DNA of 64,000 bases from Octopus vulgaris (taxonomy: Eukaryota), in NCBI GenBank assembly GCA_951406725.2, contig OX597815.1, positions 74,710,001-74,774,000 of the forward strand, in the 5' to 3' direction. The notes under the pieces are model-generated. The model did no database searches. It was not told the DNA's origin and saw nothing but the letters and a program-made list of their open reading frames with translations. Shown here piece by piece: positions 1 to 14,010 of this stretch. Numbering within the stretch: position 1 is the first letter of the stretch; the number at the start of each line of letters is the position of its first letter. The translations under genes were made by a program, and so were the position numbers.

Positions 1-87
1 TGTGTATATATACGTATATACATATATATATACACACACACATACACACGCACACACGCAAACACACACACACACACACACACACAA

Positions 88-232
88 TAATTTCCAAGAT
101 ATAGCGCCCTAGATCATTACAGATCCTCATCCATGTTTAACAGTTGGAATAAGGCAGTCTGGGTCAACTGCTTCTTTTGGCTGTCTCCACACGTATACTC
201 GGCCGGTGGTCTGAAATGAGGTAAGGGATGAC
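88..232 (-). mobile_element. Tc1-like transposase fragment, inverted copy of ~868-1012
   Basis: Near-identical reverse complement of the 'DESSFT...VYVWRQPKEA...PTVKHG' segment at 868-1012. Confidence 0.8.
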
Positions 233-345
233 TATGTTTATATGTACACACACACACACATATCTTTATAATCAAGGATAAAATCTATATAGGATTTTAT
301 CAAGTAGCTAGCTTGTAAAAAACCATTTAGGTAAAAATTAATACT

Positions 346-1012
346 ATGTTTTTCTAAAATTGCTCCTTCTTTTCAGATATCATCAAAAAAAGGTAATTAA
401 AATTCATTAAAATTACAGATCTATCGGACTTTCAAAGAGGTCAAATTGTTGGTGCTCGTATGGTAGTCGCTAGCGTAACGAACACAGCCGAAATGTTTGG
501 TGTATCAAGAAGTACTGTCTCAAAAGTAATGACAGCCTTTGAGAAAGAGGGAAAAACCTCCTCGTCGAAATAAAACTCCAGAAAAAAACCAAAACTTTCA
601 GATAGGGATTTTCAGACGCTTACGCTAATTGTTAGAAACGATCACAAAAGTACAGCTCCCAAAATTACAGCAGAGCTTAATGGCCACCTCGATAAACCAG
701 TTTCCACAAAAACTGTTAGCCGTGAGCTGCACAATGCCGGATTTCACGGGAGGGCTGCAATCAGAAAACTACTACTTTCAAAAGCAAACGTTGCAAAGCG
801 TCTAGGGTGATGTAAAAACCTACAGAATTGGTCCCTGGAACAGTGGAAGAATGTTATTTTCTCGGACGAGTCATCCTTTACCTCATTTCAGACCACCGGC
901 CGAGTATACGTGTGGAGACAGCCAAAAGAAGCAGTTGACCCAGACTGCCTTATTCCAACTGTTAAACATGGATGAGGATCTGTGATGATCTGGGGCGCTA
1001 TATCTTGGAAAT
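346..1012 (+). mobile_element. Tc1-like DNA transposon, 5' half (decayed)
   Basis: Translates to DLSDFQRGQIVGARM...VSRSTVSKVM...IFSDES...PTVKHG with stops; homologous to the full element at 46966-48206. Confidence 0.85.
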
Positions 1013-1071
1013 TATTATGTGTGTATGTGTGTGTGTGTGTTTGCGTGTGTGCGTGTGTATGTGTGTGTGTG

Positions 1072-1099
<28 letters not shown>

Positions 1100-1108
<9 letters not shown>

Positions 1109-2517
1109 TTAAACATCTGAGAGTGTGTGTGGCGGTCAGTTTTTGTGCAGTTATTCGCAGATACGTGTGCTGTGTTCATGTCCTCGGATGGGTCTATGCA
1201 TGATTTTCTAGATGTACGAGTAACACAGATCTTATCCACCTCTTACATATGCTTAGTTGTCTTTGATGGGGTCTTGTATGCCGACTGTATGTCAAGGTAT
1301 AAACATGGATATGTGAATGAGGCTAAATTTCAACTTACCTTGCTTGGTGGAATCCAGATTGGTAGTTGAACGTATCGAGTGTTCATTGACGGTAGGTGGC
1401 GATGAGTGCCGATCTTCTTTTGAGTATCTGCTTGTTATTGAATAAAATAGTAATTTTTCATTAATATCTGTTGATGGGATCATTACTATTTATTGTTGAT
1501 CCCTCAGGGTCAGTGTTTGCTGTCTTCATCGGGTTTTGGTAGTAATTCTTCATCGTCGCTGGTAGGGGTTGTGCCTAAAGGACATAATTTTTATAGGATT
1601 ATTATATTTCTTCATTTTATTTTAAAATACGGTGAGGCACTCTTCTGTAGGTATGCCATATCTGTAATATAACGACACAAATAATAGCATGTGTATGTGT
1701 GTATGTGCGTGTATGTGTGTGCGTGTGTGTGGTGTATAATTGTAATAAGCTCCACTACTTCATATTGTTATAAGTATTACTTAATAAGTATTATGTTGCA
1801 TTCATTCTATATTTATATCGGTAGAAGATCAGTTTTCATTTTTTACCGATGCCTACCTTCAGAATAGAAACCGTAACTTAGATTTCACTCCATTTTTTTC
1901 TCGGACGAGTCATCATTTACCTTATTTCCGACCACCGGCCGAGTATACGTATGGAGACAGCCAAAAGAAGCATTTGACCCAGACTACCTTCTTCCAACAG
2001 TTAAACATGGATGAGGATCTGTGATGATCTAGGGGGCTATATCTTGGAAATCATCCCAATGGTTCCCCTTCATGGCAGAATTAATAGTCTAGACTATTTA
2101 AGCATTTTATCTGATCAAATTCATCCTATGGTTGTGGAACTGTCTCCGGGGGGAAACACAATCTCTCAGGATGACATTGCACCAATTCACACAGCTAAAT
2201 TTGCTACTGAACGGCACCAGGAACTTGTGAAGTTGAACATCTTATCTGGCCACCACAGTGCCCAGATCACAATATTACTGAAAATTTATGGTGCATTTTA
2301 GAAAAACAAATAAGAGTCGATATTCTCCACCATCATCACTATAAAAACTGAAGACTGTTTTAGCTGAAGAATGGACAAAATTTCCTTTGGAAACAATTCC
2401 AACTTTGTACGATACCATGCCTGGTGGAATTCAAGCTGTAATTACTGCCAAAGACTCAATATTAAAATAAATTTGTTTGAAATTTTAAGATGTTTCCATT
2501 ATTTTGTTCAACCTCTG

Positions 2518-2571
<54 letters not shown>

Positions 2572-3160
2572 TGTTTGTGTGTATGGGTGTTTGTTTGTGC
2601 GTGTGTGTACGTGCGCGCGCGCATGTGCGTGTGTGTGTGTTTGTATGCGTGTGTATATATATGTGTGTGTGTGTGTGTGTGTGCGTGTGTGTGTGTTTAC
2701 GCATGTGAGAGTGTGTGTGGCGGTTAGTTTTTGTGCAGTTATTCGCAGATACGTGTGCTGTGTTCATGTCCTCGGATGGGTCTATGCATGATTTTCTAGA
2801 TGTACGAGTAACACAGATCTTATCCACCTCTTACATATGCTTAGTTGTCTTTGATGGGGTCTTGTATGCCGACTGTATGTTGATGTATAAACATGGATAT
2901 GTGAATGAGGCTAAATTTCAACTTACCTTGCTTGGTGGAATCCAGATTGGTAGTTGAACGTATCGAGTGTTCATTGACGGTAGGTGGCGATGAGTGCCGA
3001 TCTTCTTTTGAGTATCTGCTTGTTATTGAATAAGATAGTAATTTTTCATTAATATCTGTTGAGGGATCATTAGTATTTATTGTTGATCTCTCAGGGTCAG
3101 AGGGTTTGCTGTCTTTCTCTGATTTTGGTGGTAATTCTTCATCGCCGCTGATAAGGGATG
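1100..3160 (+). repeat. Direct repeat of ~460 bp (~1100-1565 and ~2690-3160), probable Penelope-like terminal repeat fragment
   Basis: Near-identical sequence and identical short ORFs (1127-1369 vs 2715-2957); each copy starts in a (TG)n tract. Family assignment is inference. Confidence 0.7.
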
Positions 3161-3320
3161 TGGTGATTACGGAGTTGCCAAGTGTATCTAGATAGAGATA
3201 AACATACATATACATATGTGTATGTGTATTTGAGTGTGTGTGCTTGTATTATATTGATAGCCAGAGATACAGACACACAAATAGATAGATAGATATAGAA
3301 ATAGATAGATGATAAACGTT

Positions 3321-3406
<86 letters not shown>

Positions 3407-4207
3407 GGGAACCTATCGTCATTATCATCATTATTACGATCATATTACTCTGAAATAATTGTAAATCAATATCAGAAGAACAATATAGAAAAAATGCTAG
3501 CTTATTTTAGCAGTTTAATTGCCAGTCCCTAACATTCGGAATATATTGTTCAGCTGTGAAGTTACTGATGTAGAAAAATATAACCAACACAACATATATT
3601 ACATTCATTAGATTACTCCCGTTTTAATTGAAGAATTTATGTGCGTAGTTCTTAGCACCGTGTCTCTTGTAAAATACATATCTTATAACGTCACTATGTG
3701 TGTATCAGTCAATAGTAATTGCGAGAAAGTACAGCTCAATGATATGTGCCCCGCCGAAATTGTTTCTTCTTATGCTTAGGAGAAATGGGTATTTTCAAAT
3801 GAAAAGTTGTACAAATATACCGAAGTAAGATAGGAAAATGACAGCTGACCTCATAAATTGTAATGCGGAATACGTAAAAGAAAGGGAAAATGGAGTGAAA
3901 TCTAAGTTACGGTTTCTATTCTGAAGGTAGGCATCGAAAAAACTGAAAACTGACCTTCTACAGATATAAATATAGAATGAAAGCAAAATAATACTTATTA
4001 AGTAATACTTATAACAATATGAAGTAGTGGAGCTTATTACAGTTATATACCACACACATGCACACACATACACGCACATACATACATACACATTATTATT
4101 TGTGTCGTTATATTACAGATATGGCATACCTACAGAAAAGTGCCTCACCGTATTTTAAAATAAAATGAAGAAATATAAAAATCCTATAAAAATTATGTCC
4201 TTTAGGC
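1574..4207. repeat. Inverted repeat pair with ~320-bp arms (~1574-1895 and ~3886-4207)
   Basis: cctaaaggacataatttttatagg...gatttcactccatttt recurs as its reverse complement at 3886-4207. Confidence 0.8.
1896..2517 (+). mobile_element. Tc1-like DNA transposon, 3' half with terminal inverted repeat
   Basis: ORF 2011-2301 (QDDIAPIHTAK); ends in tgtttccattattttgttcaacctctg followed by TA, matching the TIR of the 46966-48206 element. Confidence 0.85.
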
Positions 4208-4244
4208 AGATTATTTTTATTTAATTTTGTTTGATTTGGTTTCC

Positions 4245-5840
4245 CAGCAATCCTCCTCAAATCGTGCAAACTTGCTCTGGCAAAACCACTACAGATTCTC
4301 TTCCAGAGTTTTCTTGCAAATGGCAAGCTGCCAATCAACCTGAAGTAGGAAATAATATGTCCAATCCCTAAAAAAGGAAGCAGAGCAGATGCCATCTCTT
4401 TGACCTCACACTTCAGCAAAGTCACGAAACGAATAGTCATAGATAAACTAAACGCATTCCTGGAAGAAAACGACTTGTTGAGTGATACCCAGCATGGTTT
4501 TCGACCAGGTAGGAATGCCTGACACAGCTCCTACAGTATTATGACTGGGTGTTGAAGCAGTTACTCGACAACTCAAATGTGGACGTAATATACTTTGACT
4601 TTGAAAAAGTTTAAGATAGAGTCGATCATGGTATGACATGCCACAAACTGCACGATTTTGGCATAGCTGGAAAACATGGAGAGCGGTTACATGATTTTCT
4701 GAAAGATAGAAGTTAGGCAGTGGTGGCCATTAGAGCCACCTCAAAGGAAACACAAATAGTGAGTGGTGTTCCACAAGACACTGTCTTGGGACGGCTGCTT
4801 TTCATAGTGGCCCTATCAGATATGCTCTCAGCTGCCCGGATAGCCATCCTTGCTAGCTATGCAGACGACCCGAAAGTCTCGCAGAAAATATAAAACCCTA
4901 GCGATGTTGCACACCTGCAGCAGGAGTTGGATGCAATTTACAGACGGGCTGAGGACAATAATATGCAATTTAATGCTGGCAAATTCCAAACTCTGCATTA
5001 CCAAAACTGAACGAAAAACTTACAGGGTACACTGGCCCAGGGGGTATTACAATCCCAGAAAGTATATCAGTGCGTGACCTAGGTATCGACATGAGTGATA
5101 ATACCTCTTTCCAAGTGCACATTACCAAGATGGCGACAAAGTGCATGCAGCTGGCTGGCTGGCTGGCTGGATCCCGAGAACCTTCAAAACCAGAGAGAAG
5201 GAAACCATAATAGTTCTTTGGAGAACATTCGTCCTCGGTTGCCTGAACTACTGCTACCGACTTTGGTCACCGTACAGTGTAAAATTAACAGCAGACCATG
5301 AAGCAATCCAGCGAAGCTTCACAAAGAAGATCGTCTCATTGCAACAGCTCAGCTACTGGGAAAGGCTGAAACAGCTACGACTCTACTCCCTGGAGCGAAG
5401 GCGGGAGAGATATGCAGTAATATACATCTGGAAGAACTTGAAAGGGTTTATGCCGAATTTTGACATTGAAAGTTACACAAATGCCATAACGGGTTGCTAC
5501 TGCACAGTGCCAAAGATCCCAACAATGCTGTCGCGCTTCAGGACCAGTTACTGCAACAGCCTGGGTTTCAAGAGCCCACAGCTTTTTAATATTCTCCAAA
5601 AGAGCCTGTGGGACCTACACAAAGTGGATGTAGGTGTTTTCAAAACAAAATTGGATCTCTTCCTGTCGAGAGTCCTAGATGAACCTACCTCGCGGCAGGA
5701 GACACAAATGAGGGCAGCGACATCAAACTCCCTTGTTCACCACATGTCATATATCAGAAGAGGCTCTCAATAATGAGTGTAGCAAAACGGCGGTGCCCCA
5801 GTATTCCCGTAGCTATGAAGTGAAAACGATAAAAAAAGTG
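4245..5840 (+). mobile_element. CR1-clade LINE, 5'-truncated and decayed RT region
   Basis: QHGFRPGR, VDVIYFDFEK..DRVDH, SGVPQDTVLG, YADD motifs across frameshifts; ORF 5141-5773 with 'SYWERLKQLRLYSLERRRERY', typical of CR1/L2-group C-termini. Confidence 0.85.
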
Positions 5841-6086
5841 GTGTTAATCCGATAAAGTTTACACCCTTAAACCCTTCATTTACTTATTGTTAATTTGAAA
5901 GTGGCATATAAAAATTATTACGCTTAGACCCTTCATTTATTTTTAAAAGAGGCAGTAGCTTCCTTCAGAGGGCCGCTAGGGACTCGGGACCACTTCAATT
6001 GTCTTCGTCGTCAAATTTTACAGAAGAATAAGATTTTAGTTTTTATATCCACGCAGTAGTTTTTCTTTCTATAGGCAGACAGACAT

Positions 6087-6140
<54 letters not shown>

Positions 6141-6384
6141 TAAATATATAGATAATAGTTTGGGTATGAAATGCAAAATATGTATATAAGCATATATGGA
6201 AAATGAGAGAAAGCAAAAGATGGAGACTTTCAGACGATGAAAATTTAAGTATAAATATATAGATTTTTATATTAACAGATCTAACTTACACAGAGTACAA
6301 ACGACGGAGAAAATTAAAGGGGTGGAGGAAAGGTATTATAAGTCCAACAGATGTTTCTGGGGTTTCGGAGATCCATGATAGTTT

Positions 6385-6712
6385 TTCGTAAGCCTAATAC
6401 TTATTCTATCTGTCTCTTTTGCTGAACCGGTAAGTTACGCGAGCGTAAACACACCAACATCGGTTGTCAAGCGATGATGGTGGCGGGACAAATAGACATA
6501 CAAACATTATATATAAATATATTCTTTTATTCTTTTACTTGTTTCAGTCATTTTACTGTGGCCATGCTAGAGCACCACCTTTTAGTCGAGCAAATCGACC
6601 CCAGGACTTATTCTTTATAAGCCTGGTACTTATTCTATCGGTCTTTTGCCGAACTGCTAAGTTACGGGGACACAAACACACCAGCATCGGTTGTCAAGCG
6701 ATGTTGGGGGGA

Positions 6713-6789
<77 letters not shown>

Positions 6790-6990
6790 ACATATATAAA
6801 TCAATTTATGTAAAATATTATATAATATATGAGACAAAACCACTATTTTAAAGCCAAACAACATATATACGTCTGCGTTTTTTAGTTTCCGTCTACCGAA
6901 TCCACTCACAAGGCTATAGTAGAATAGACTGAACCCAGAACCATGTGGCTGGTAAGCAAGCTACTTACCACACAGCCACTCCTGCGCCTA
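6385..6990 (-). mobile_element. tRNA-derived SINE copies (same family as 33525-33930)
   Basis: Reverse complement of the aggcgcaggagtggctgtgtggtaagtagc head plus internal (CA)n and the core 'accgatgctggtgtgtttacg' segment. Confidence 0.75.
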
Positions 6991-7405
6991 TTACATATAT
7001 ATATAATTGTTGTATTTAGGAATGGTCATTTTGCCTGTTTAAAAACACACGCACTATATATTTGGTGTTACTTTGCTTCAGCGTTATTTATTTTTTACAT
7101 TAACCTTAATCTTATTTCGGTCAGAGTTCTTTTGTCACACTCCTGTGACCGCATCAGTGGTCCTTTGCTTTCTTTTTTCTTGTTTGTGTGTCTCTCCTTA
7201 CTAACGGTCAGCCATTTTGTATTTTGCATTTCTATTGTAGATGTCTTCATTTGCGTATGCGTGTACCTCTATGTCCGTCTATGTTTAGTTAGTTAGGGGG
7301 GGGGAGCGCCTGTAATATTCGTATCTCCTGTTTATATACGTTCGTGTAATTTGTTTTTGTTTTTGTTTTTGTTTATTTTTATTTTGTTCATGTGTTTACA
7401 CCTAC

Positions 7406-7457
<52 letters not shown>

Positions 7458-7501
7458 CATCATCATCATCATCATCATTATTATGTATGTATGTATGTAT
7501 G

Positions 7502-7537
<36 letters not shown>

Positions 7538-7695
7538 TTTTTAAAAATATTTTTAAAAAGTAACCACAAACTGGTTACAATATAAACAAAACTGAAAACA
7601 TAATAAATTAAAATACACAGATAAATAAACAAATGGAAGTAAATAACAAAATACATTTTTTATTTAAAAAAAATTTTTTTTAATATTTAAAAAAA

Positions 7696-7777
<82 letters not shown>

Positions 7778-7934
7778 CATACATACATAATAATAATGAA
7801 TTTTTCCCTGTAAGTTAGGATTAATATTGTAAGTTAGGATTAATATTCCCTCAAATAATTATTATATATATAGATCAAAGGGATGTGTTATAATGCTATT
7901 CCATTCATACTGAATGCATATGTCATGTCTACCA

Positions 7935-8528
7935 GACAGTGGCTTTCATGGCTTCTCATCTTAACTGATTGGAAGTGTTATAATGTACATTGTTTTGTCT
8001 TGGTATTAAAGATGGGCACTGGCTCTCATGGCTTCTGATCTTAAATGATTGGAAGTGTTATCGTGTACACGTTTTCTTTTGGTATAAAAGATGAACTACA
8101 GCAAATATTCTGCTCAATACCACAGATTTGCTTGTCAGTTGTTTAACCATAACCAGTTGAGCATGTCCCTTAGTGGCTGACGATATGTGCATCTCTGATC
8201 ATGAGCAGAAGTAGTGGGGGAGCATCATAGCCGTGTGTTGAAAGAAATTCTTGGGGGTTTGGATAATTCACATTTGGAAACAGGTGTGGTTCGTTCAACA
8301 TCCTTAAACAATCTTTATTCAAGGAACTTTTGAGCGGGATGGGCTACCCGGCCAGAAGAAAATTCTAACTGGGCCCCACCTGCAAGGTCATGCGCTGTTT
8401 ATCTTGATATGAGATCACCATGTCGTGCACATATGGTTGTGATGCAGACGGGTAGTCATGATGGGTATACTGGGCTTCGTATATTTTACTCCAGTGTCAT
8501 TTTGTTGGCATGCACAGCTCTCTCACTC

Positions 8529-8530
<2 letters not shown>
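7935..8530. repeat. Interspersed repeat abutting (TAA)n, with an internal ~80-bp tandem duplication
   Basis: ggctttcatggcttct..atcttaactgattggaagtgtta... occurs twice (~7940, ~8021); the segment ends at the TAA array at 8530. Confidence 0.5.
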
Positions 8531-8593
<63 letters not shown>

Positions 8594-8596
<3 letters not shown>

Positions 8597-9300
8597 TAAA
8601 ACAGTGGACCACCTAATCTCTGGATGTAAAGTCTTAGCACCAGTGGAGTATAAATTAAGACATGACAGAGTTGGCCAATATCTACACTGGCTAATAAGTC
8701 GGCATTACAATATCAAAACTGCCGACAAGTGGTATAATCACCACCCTGAGGCTGTAACTGAAGGAGAAAATGTAACGATTCTGTGGGACTTTCCAGTACA
8801 TACAGACCGAACCATCAAGGCCAATAAACCAGATATTGTTGTGAAAGACCAAAACAATAAAGTTTGCTTATTGATCGACATGAGCATCCCCTGTGATCAT
8901 AATATCTCAGCGAAAGAGTTTGACAAGCTCAGAAAATATAAAGACCTACTCATTGAAATTGAGAAAATGTGGCATCTCAAGGCGGTTACAATACCAGTGA
9001 TCGTAGGAGCACTAGGAATGATCAAGAAGGGAACCGAAAATTATATGAGAATGATCCCTGGCTTACCATCCCTGCAAGAAGTGCAAAAGATTCTCTTAAC
9101 TGGTACATCACACGTATTGAGAAGAGCATTGTCGATGTGAGAACTGTTGCTGCTCATGTATTTTAATTTAACTTAAAAAAAAAAAATGAACGAACTATTG
9201 AGTTTGGTTTAATGGCCTATCAATGTATACTATGAGTTTCTTTGCCCTAGGAGTCGGGAAGACACTCGGCAAGAAATGGAAGCAAATTTGAAAGAAGAAA
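8594..9300 (+). mobile_element. R4/Dong-clade non-LTR retrotransposon, 3' fragment (restriction-like endonuclease)
   Basis: TVDHLISGC...RHD...LWDF...KPDIVV...LLIDMSIP...KLRKYKDL...PVIVGALG motif set; flanked by (TAA)n. Confidence 0.9.
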
Positions 9301-9359
9301 AAAAATGATAATAATAATAATAATAATGGTGATGATGATGATGATGATAATAATAATGA

Positions 9360-10075
9360 AAAGACTTGACAACATAAGGTTGCAAATAATGTCGATATTG
9401 TTCTCCTGCAGCCTTGCCTTTATTCTGTCGTAGATTGCCTTTTGCCCATCTGTCATGTCACCATTAGTTTTATTGTATTTTTCCAAACCATCTATATGTC
9501 TCTCGTCGAGTAAGCTATCACTGTTCGTTTCCTGTGGTTTATTAGAGATTTCACCTCTGTTTTCTGCTATGAGATTACTTTTATCAGTAAGGACTGTATT
9601 TTCATCGTTTCATCTGCTACTGTTTTCCAATAATTGTCTTTTGATAGCTTCGAGCTCTACTTCTGTGAACCAACGATGTTTTCTTATTGCTCTAGCTTGA
9701 TCACATAATCTCTGTTCCATGAGTTGTAACAATCGTCCTTTCTCTCCATTGATCGGTATCCCTTAAGATGAACACCATTTTCATCAACGGGGTTGCTCAG
9801 GTAGTAACACGCCATGACCACAGTATTGACTTGTTTGTTTCATCTACGCCGTGTGTGCTGGTCCCTCGCTGGATAACGATAGACTGGGGTCAGACCAGTA
9901 TCTCTGAGCCTGTCGTGTGCAACATTGTCACCATCAAGGGCTTCAGTTTCATTACCACCGTTATTCACAATATTTTGCTTTTTCATTGTCATTCATATGA
10001 GGTAGCGATTATCAGGTTACGCAATTACCAGTGTTTTATTACTAGATGTATCAACAATCAGAGCATAGGGAAATT
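9360..10075 (-). mobile_element. R4/Dong-clade element, N-terminal fragment
   Basis: Minus strand gives EQRLCDQARAIRKHRWFTEVELEAIKRQ, resembling R4/Dong N-terminal regions; flanked by TAA/TTA tracts. Confidence 0.6.
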
Positions 10076-10089
10076 CTAACCACTTCCTT

Positions 10090-10162
<73 letters not shown>

Positions 10163-10559
10163 CATCACTGATATTATTATTTGCATTTTTTTACTATTTG
10201 TCATTGTTAAAACTTCCTCTGATCCGACATGAGTTTTGGCTAAATTATTGTCATTTATCAATATTATTATTATCACAGTTATTACCGTTATTATTATTAT
10301 TTCCAATTATAATTAAAAGGTGATATTAAATGTTTAATTTTAACTTCTGTCTTGTATTTGAGATAATTATAATTAGGAGCAAAAGAAACAGCTTGGTGAA
10401 CAGATTAAATTGCACAGGTCTGTAAATAGATTCAGCAGATGGTGAAGAGATCAGCAATGGGCATTACTGTGCGATAAGGAGACAAAAGAGGCCTCACATA
10501 GCATAGATTGTTCACAATTTAAATTGGTCGGTTACACAAATCACAAATTTGTGATATGC

Positions 10560-13390
10560 TCAATCGATTTAGACAGCAGCCGTAGACAGGACCCGGTTAC
10601 TGGAAGTTGAATGCGTCCTTACCGGCTCGCAAACACTATAAGGACCGGGATAGAGAGCTAGTTAAGAGGCAGTTGACGAGAGCTATCGTCAACAACCGGA
10701 AGTAGATCGCTCTGAAGAGAGCAATTAGAGTAGAATCGATAGCGTTTAGCAAAGAGTTAGCAATAGAAAATATAGATTAGAGGAAGAACTAGTTAGCAAA
10801 CTAGAAGAGGCTATAAGGCATCGCAACCAACGTGTTAGCGGCGAGAATGGCCCTTGACCATTTCTTTCAGGCGAAACACGAAGGGTGCATTGTCAAAGCT
10901 AAGGCCCGTGCGCTAAAACACGAAAGGTAGAGATGTGACGTGGAAGCAAAACCACAATTAAGTCTTTGATGGATCAAGATGGACGCTTGCTACTCGTTTC
11001 TGAGCAGATATGTGCGACTTTCCAGCAGCATTTTGTGCAGATATTTGGGGAGGGTGATGAGACGACGACGGTAGCAGACTACTTCGTACCCAGACGGCCT
11101 ACCACTGCTCTCAGTAACGGACACAAGATTCTGCGAAAAGCCGACTACAGCCCACTAAAATACGGGAGATGACGAGCAATTGCACAATTCGCAAATCGCC
11201 CTGTTTGGACGATCTGCCCTACGAATTCTATGTTTTCATTCCAAATTTGTTTGGCAGCCTCTTGGCAGATGTCAACAGTAACTGGCAACAGAACGGGAGA
11301 ATTCCTAATGCCGTAACACTGCTGAGAAAGGATGCCGACAATGGAGACGTGCTGGGGGAACTTTTGGCCTTTGACTCTGCTAAACACAGAATTTAAATTT
11401 TTGGCCAAAGTGTTAGCGTAAAGGTTGGCGCCTTTCGGTAGTCTGGTCAGAGAGGCACAAAACATTCGCAATCCCAAGCAAATCTATCCACGACAACCTC
11501 CATCTTATGCGATATATCGTAGAGGAGGCTGGAACTAAAGCTGGCTTTGGTGAGGCCCTAATCAATTTAGATCAGTCGAAAGCTTTCGATAGGGTAGACT
11601 ATCACTACTTGGAAGCCGTCCTTAAAGCAGCCTGTTTCGGACCCATTTTCAGAGGCTAGATTGCTGCAATGTACAGCGGCACCTGTTCGGTGGTCAAAGT
11701 AAGCGACCACCTATCGGGACCATTTAGTATCGCGCGTTCGGTCCGTCAGAGCTGCCCGCTGTCACTTCTTCTGTATATGCTGATTCTCGAGCCACTTCTG
11801 CGGAAGTTGGGACAGTTAAGAGGCATCCCTTTCGAAATTAGACTCGAGAGGGCAGTGTCTGCTTACACGGATGACGTCACCGTAATGGTGCCAGACGCCT
11901 CCGAAGTGGAAACGGTCGGCTCCATTGCAAAGGAATATGAGTCAGTTGCAGGGGCTAAAATCAACGCCGACAAGTCGGTGGGATTGCAACTGGGCACCTG
12001 GAGAGGCAGATGATGCCGTCAGACGGCGTCGTCGGACGCTGGACTGATTGACCAGTTAAACTGCTCGGAGCTTGGTTTGGTCCCGACCTGCAGGTGGATA
12101 AGAATTGGGAAGAGGTGACGAACAAGGTGGCCTGTCTTACCCAGAAATAGAGGAGAGGAAGTTGTCTCTGAAAGGTCGGGCAGAGGTGGCGAATGCCTAC
12201 ATCGCCTCTCTCATTATTTATCGTCTGACCGTCGTGCCTTGACCAAGTTACTGCTTGATTAGATTGGAACGTATCCTACTTATTTTTTTGTGGAAGGGAC
12301 GTGTTCCAATGCTCAGGTGGTCGGTCTGTTACCAGCCCCCTCTGCTTGGCGGGTTAGACATGCCATGGCGTTTGATGCGCAGACACGCATTCAGATTGCG
12401 CCACCTGCAACGATTTCTAGAAGATGAATGTGTGTGGGCTCCGTTTGTGGGTCACTCATTTCCGCAGCTCGTCTCCTTGACGGAGCTGCAGTCCTGGGAA
12501 AAGAACAGGCAGAGACTTAGAATATTGTCAGGTGCTCACTGTCCTCTACAAGTTGGGCAATAAAATCGGTGGATATTCCAATTTAGCTATATACAGAGGA
12601 TTAGTAACGGGGAAGTGCGACGACGAACTCGGTGAGACCCTAGGCGACAACGTGCTCGGGGAGACCCTAGGCGTCGACGAAGACGAACTGGCAAGTCTAT
12701 CCCGAAGGACCGTCCGGTCGAGGACTACTATGGATAATTTCCAGATGTCTTTGGCCTGGCAGTGCTACTGAGGGTTGCTACTGGTTCGAGATAAACTCTA
12801 CAGGCACGGATGTGCTGTCAAACGTTCTGTATGCATTCGGTCAGTGTCTGGACATTGCTGACTTGTGGAGTTATGTCGAACAGCTGCTGTCTGGTGTGGG
12901 ACAGATCATTCTCTCAGTTGAGTCCATATTGATGATTGCCCCGCCGCCCTCCTTCAGTCGGGCAGGCAACGCAATTTTCTTTTGTCTGGTGGCTGTAGCA
13001 AAAGAGGTTGTCTGGTGGACGAGGCTGAAAGTAATGAGGACAGAAACATTTCTCTTTGATAAAGCCCTCATCGACTTTTTCAAGTTTCACTTGGAAAGGA
13101 AAGTGAGGGTAGAGAATGGGGTACTGTCCTCGAGTATATTTATGAAAAGGTGGGTGAAAGCTGCGAAAATTTCAAGAGTGAATTGTACCACTCTCAGTGT
13201 AGACCTGTGAGTCAGAAGAGAGGAGTTGGATATGGCTCTTGTCCTTGGAATTCAGAGTGATCTTGAATGGTGGAGTTCCTTAGTTATCTCTAGAGGACCT
13301 CCTGAATCAGAGGGACCCCATCACTATCACTTTTTTCATTCTAGTATCGTATACTATGCATACTTCCCTTCTGTTGTATACCGCGTATAC
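10560..13390 (+). mobile_element. Tx1/L1-clade LINE ORF2 remnant
   Basis: GPGYWKLNASL, LLNTEFKFLAKVLA, NLDQSKAFDRVD, VRQSCPLS.LLY, SAYTDDVTV, WKGRVPM, GGLDMP motifs with many stops and frameshifts. Confidence 0.9.
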
Positions 13391-13424
<34 letters not shown>

Positions 13425-14010
13425 GAAGGTAGCGAGCTGACAGAATCGTTAACCCACAAGACGAAATGCTTAGTAATATTTCACTCGTCACTATGTTCCG
13501 AATTCATATTCTGCCAAGGTCGACTTTACATATCATCCTTTCGGGGTCAATAAAATAAATACCACTTGAACAGTGGGGTCGATGCAATCGACTCATGTCT
13601 TCCCCAAATTTGCTGACCTTATGGCAAAATCTGAAACCGTTATTATTAATATTATTAAGGCAGCGAGCTGGCAGAATCGTTTGCTCCCCGAATGAAATGT
13701 TTAGCGGCATTTTGCCTATCTTCACGTTCTAGGTTCAAATTCAGCCGAGGTCGACTTTGCATTTCATCCTCTCGGGGTCGATAAATTAAGTACTTGTGGA
13801 GTACTTGGTTCGATGTAATCGACTACACCCTCCCCCAAATTTCAGGCCTTGTGCCTATAGTAGAAAGGATTATTATATTATTATTATGAAGGCGGCGAGC
13901 TGGCAGAATCGTTAGCACGCTGGATCAAATGCTTAGCAGTATGTCGCCCGTTTCTGCGTTCTGAGTTCAAATTCCGTTGAGGTTGATTTTACCTCTCCTC
14001 CTTTCGGGAT
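13425..14010 (+). mobile_element. Cluster of three tRNA/CORE-type SINEs
   Basis: Repeated head ggcggcgagctggcagaatcgttag, B-box-like gagttcaaatt and core 'gtcgactttgcctttcatcctttcggggtcgataaa'. Confidence 0.8.

Noticed and set aside
8409-8593. Apparent signal peptide and poly-Asn N-terminus fused to the endonuclease ORF
   Set aside because: Chance read-through from an adjacent repeat across a (TAA)n tract into a retrotransposon fragment.
13425-14010. tRNA genes or a CRISPR-like repeat array
   Set aside because: These are tRNA-derived SINE heads without a full cloverleaf, and there is no regular repeat-spacer periodicity.
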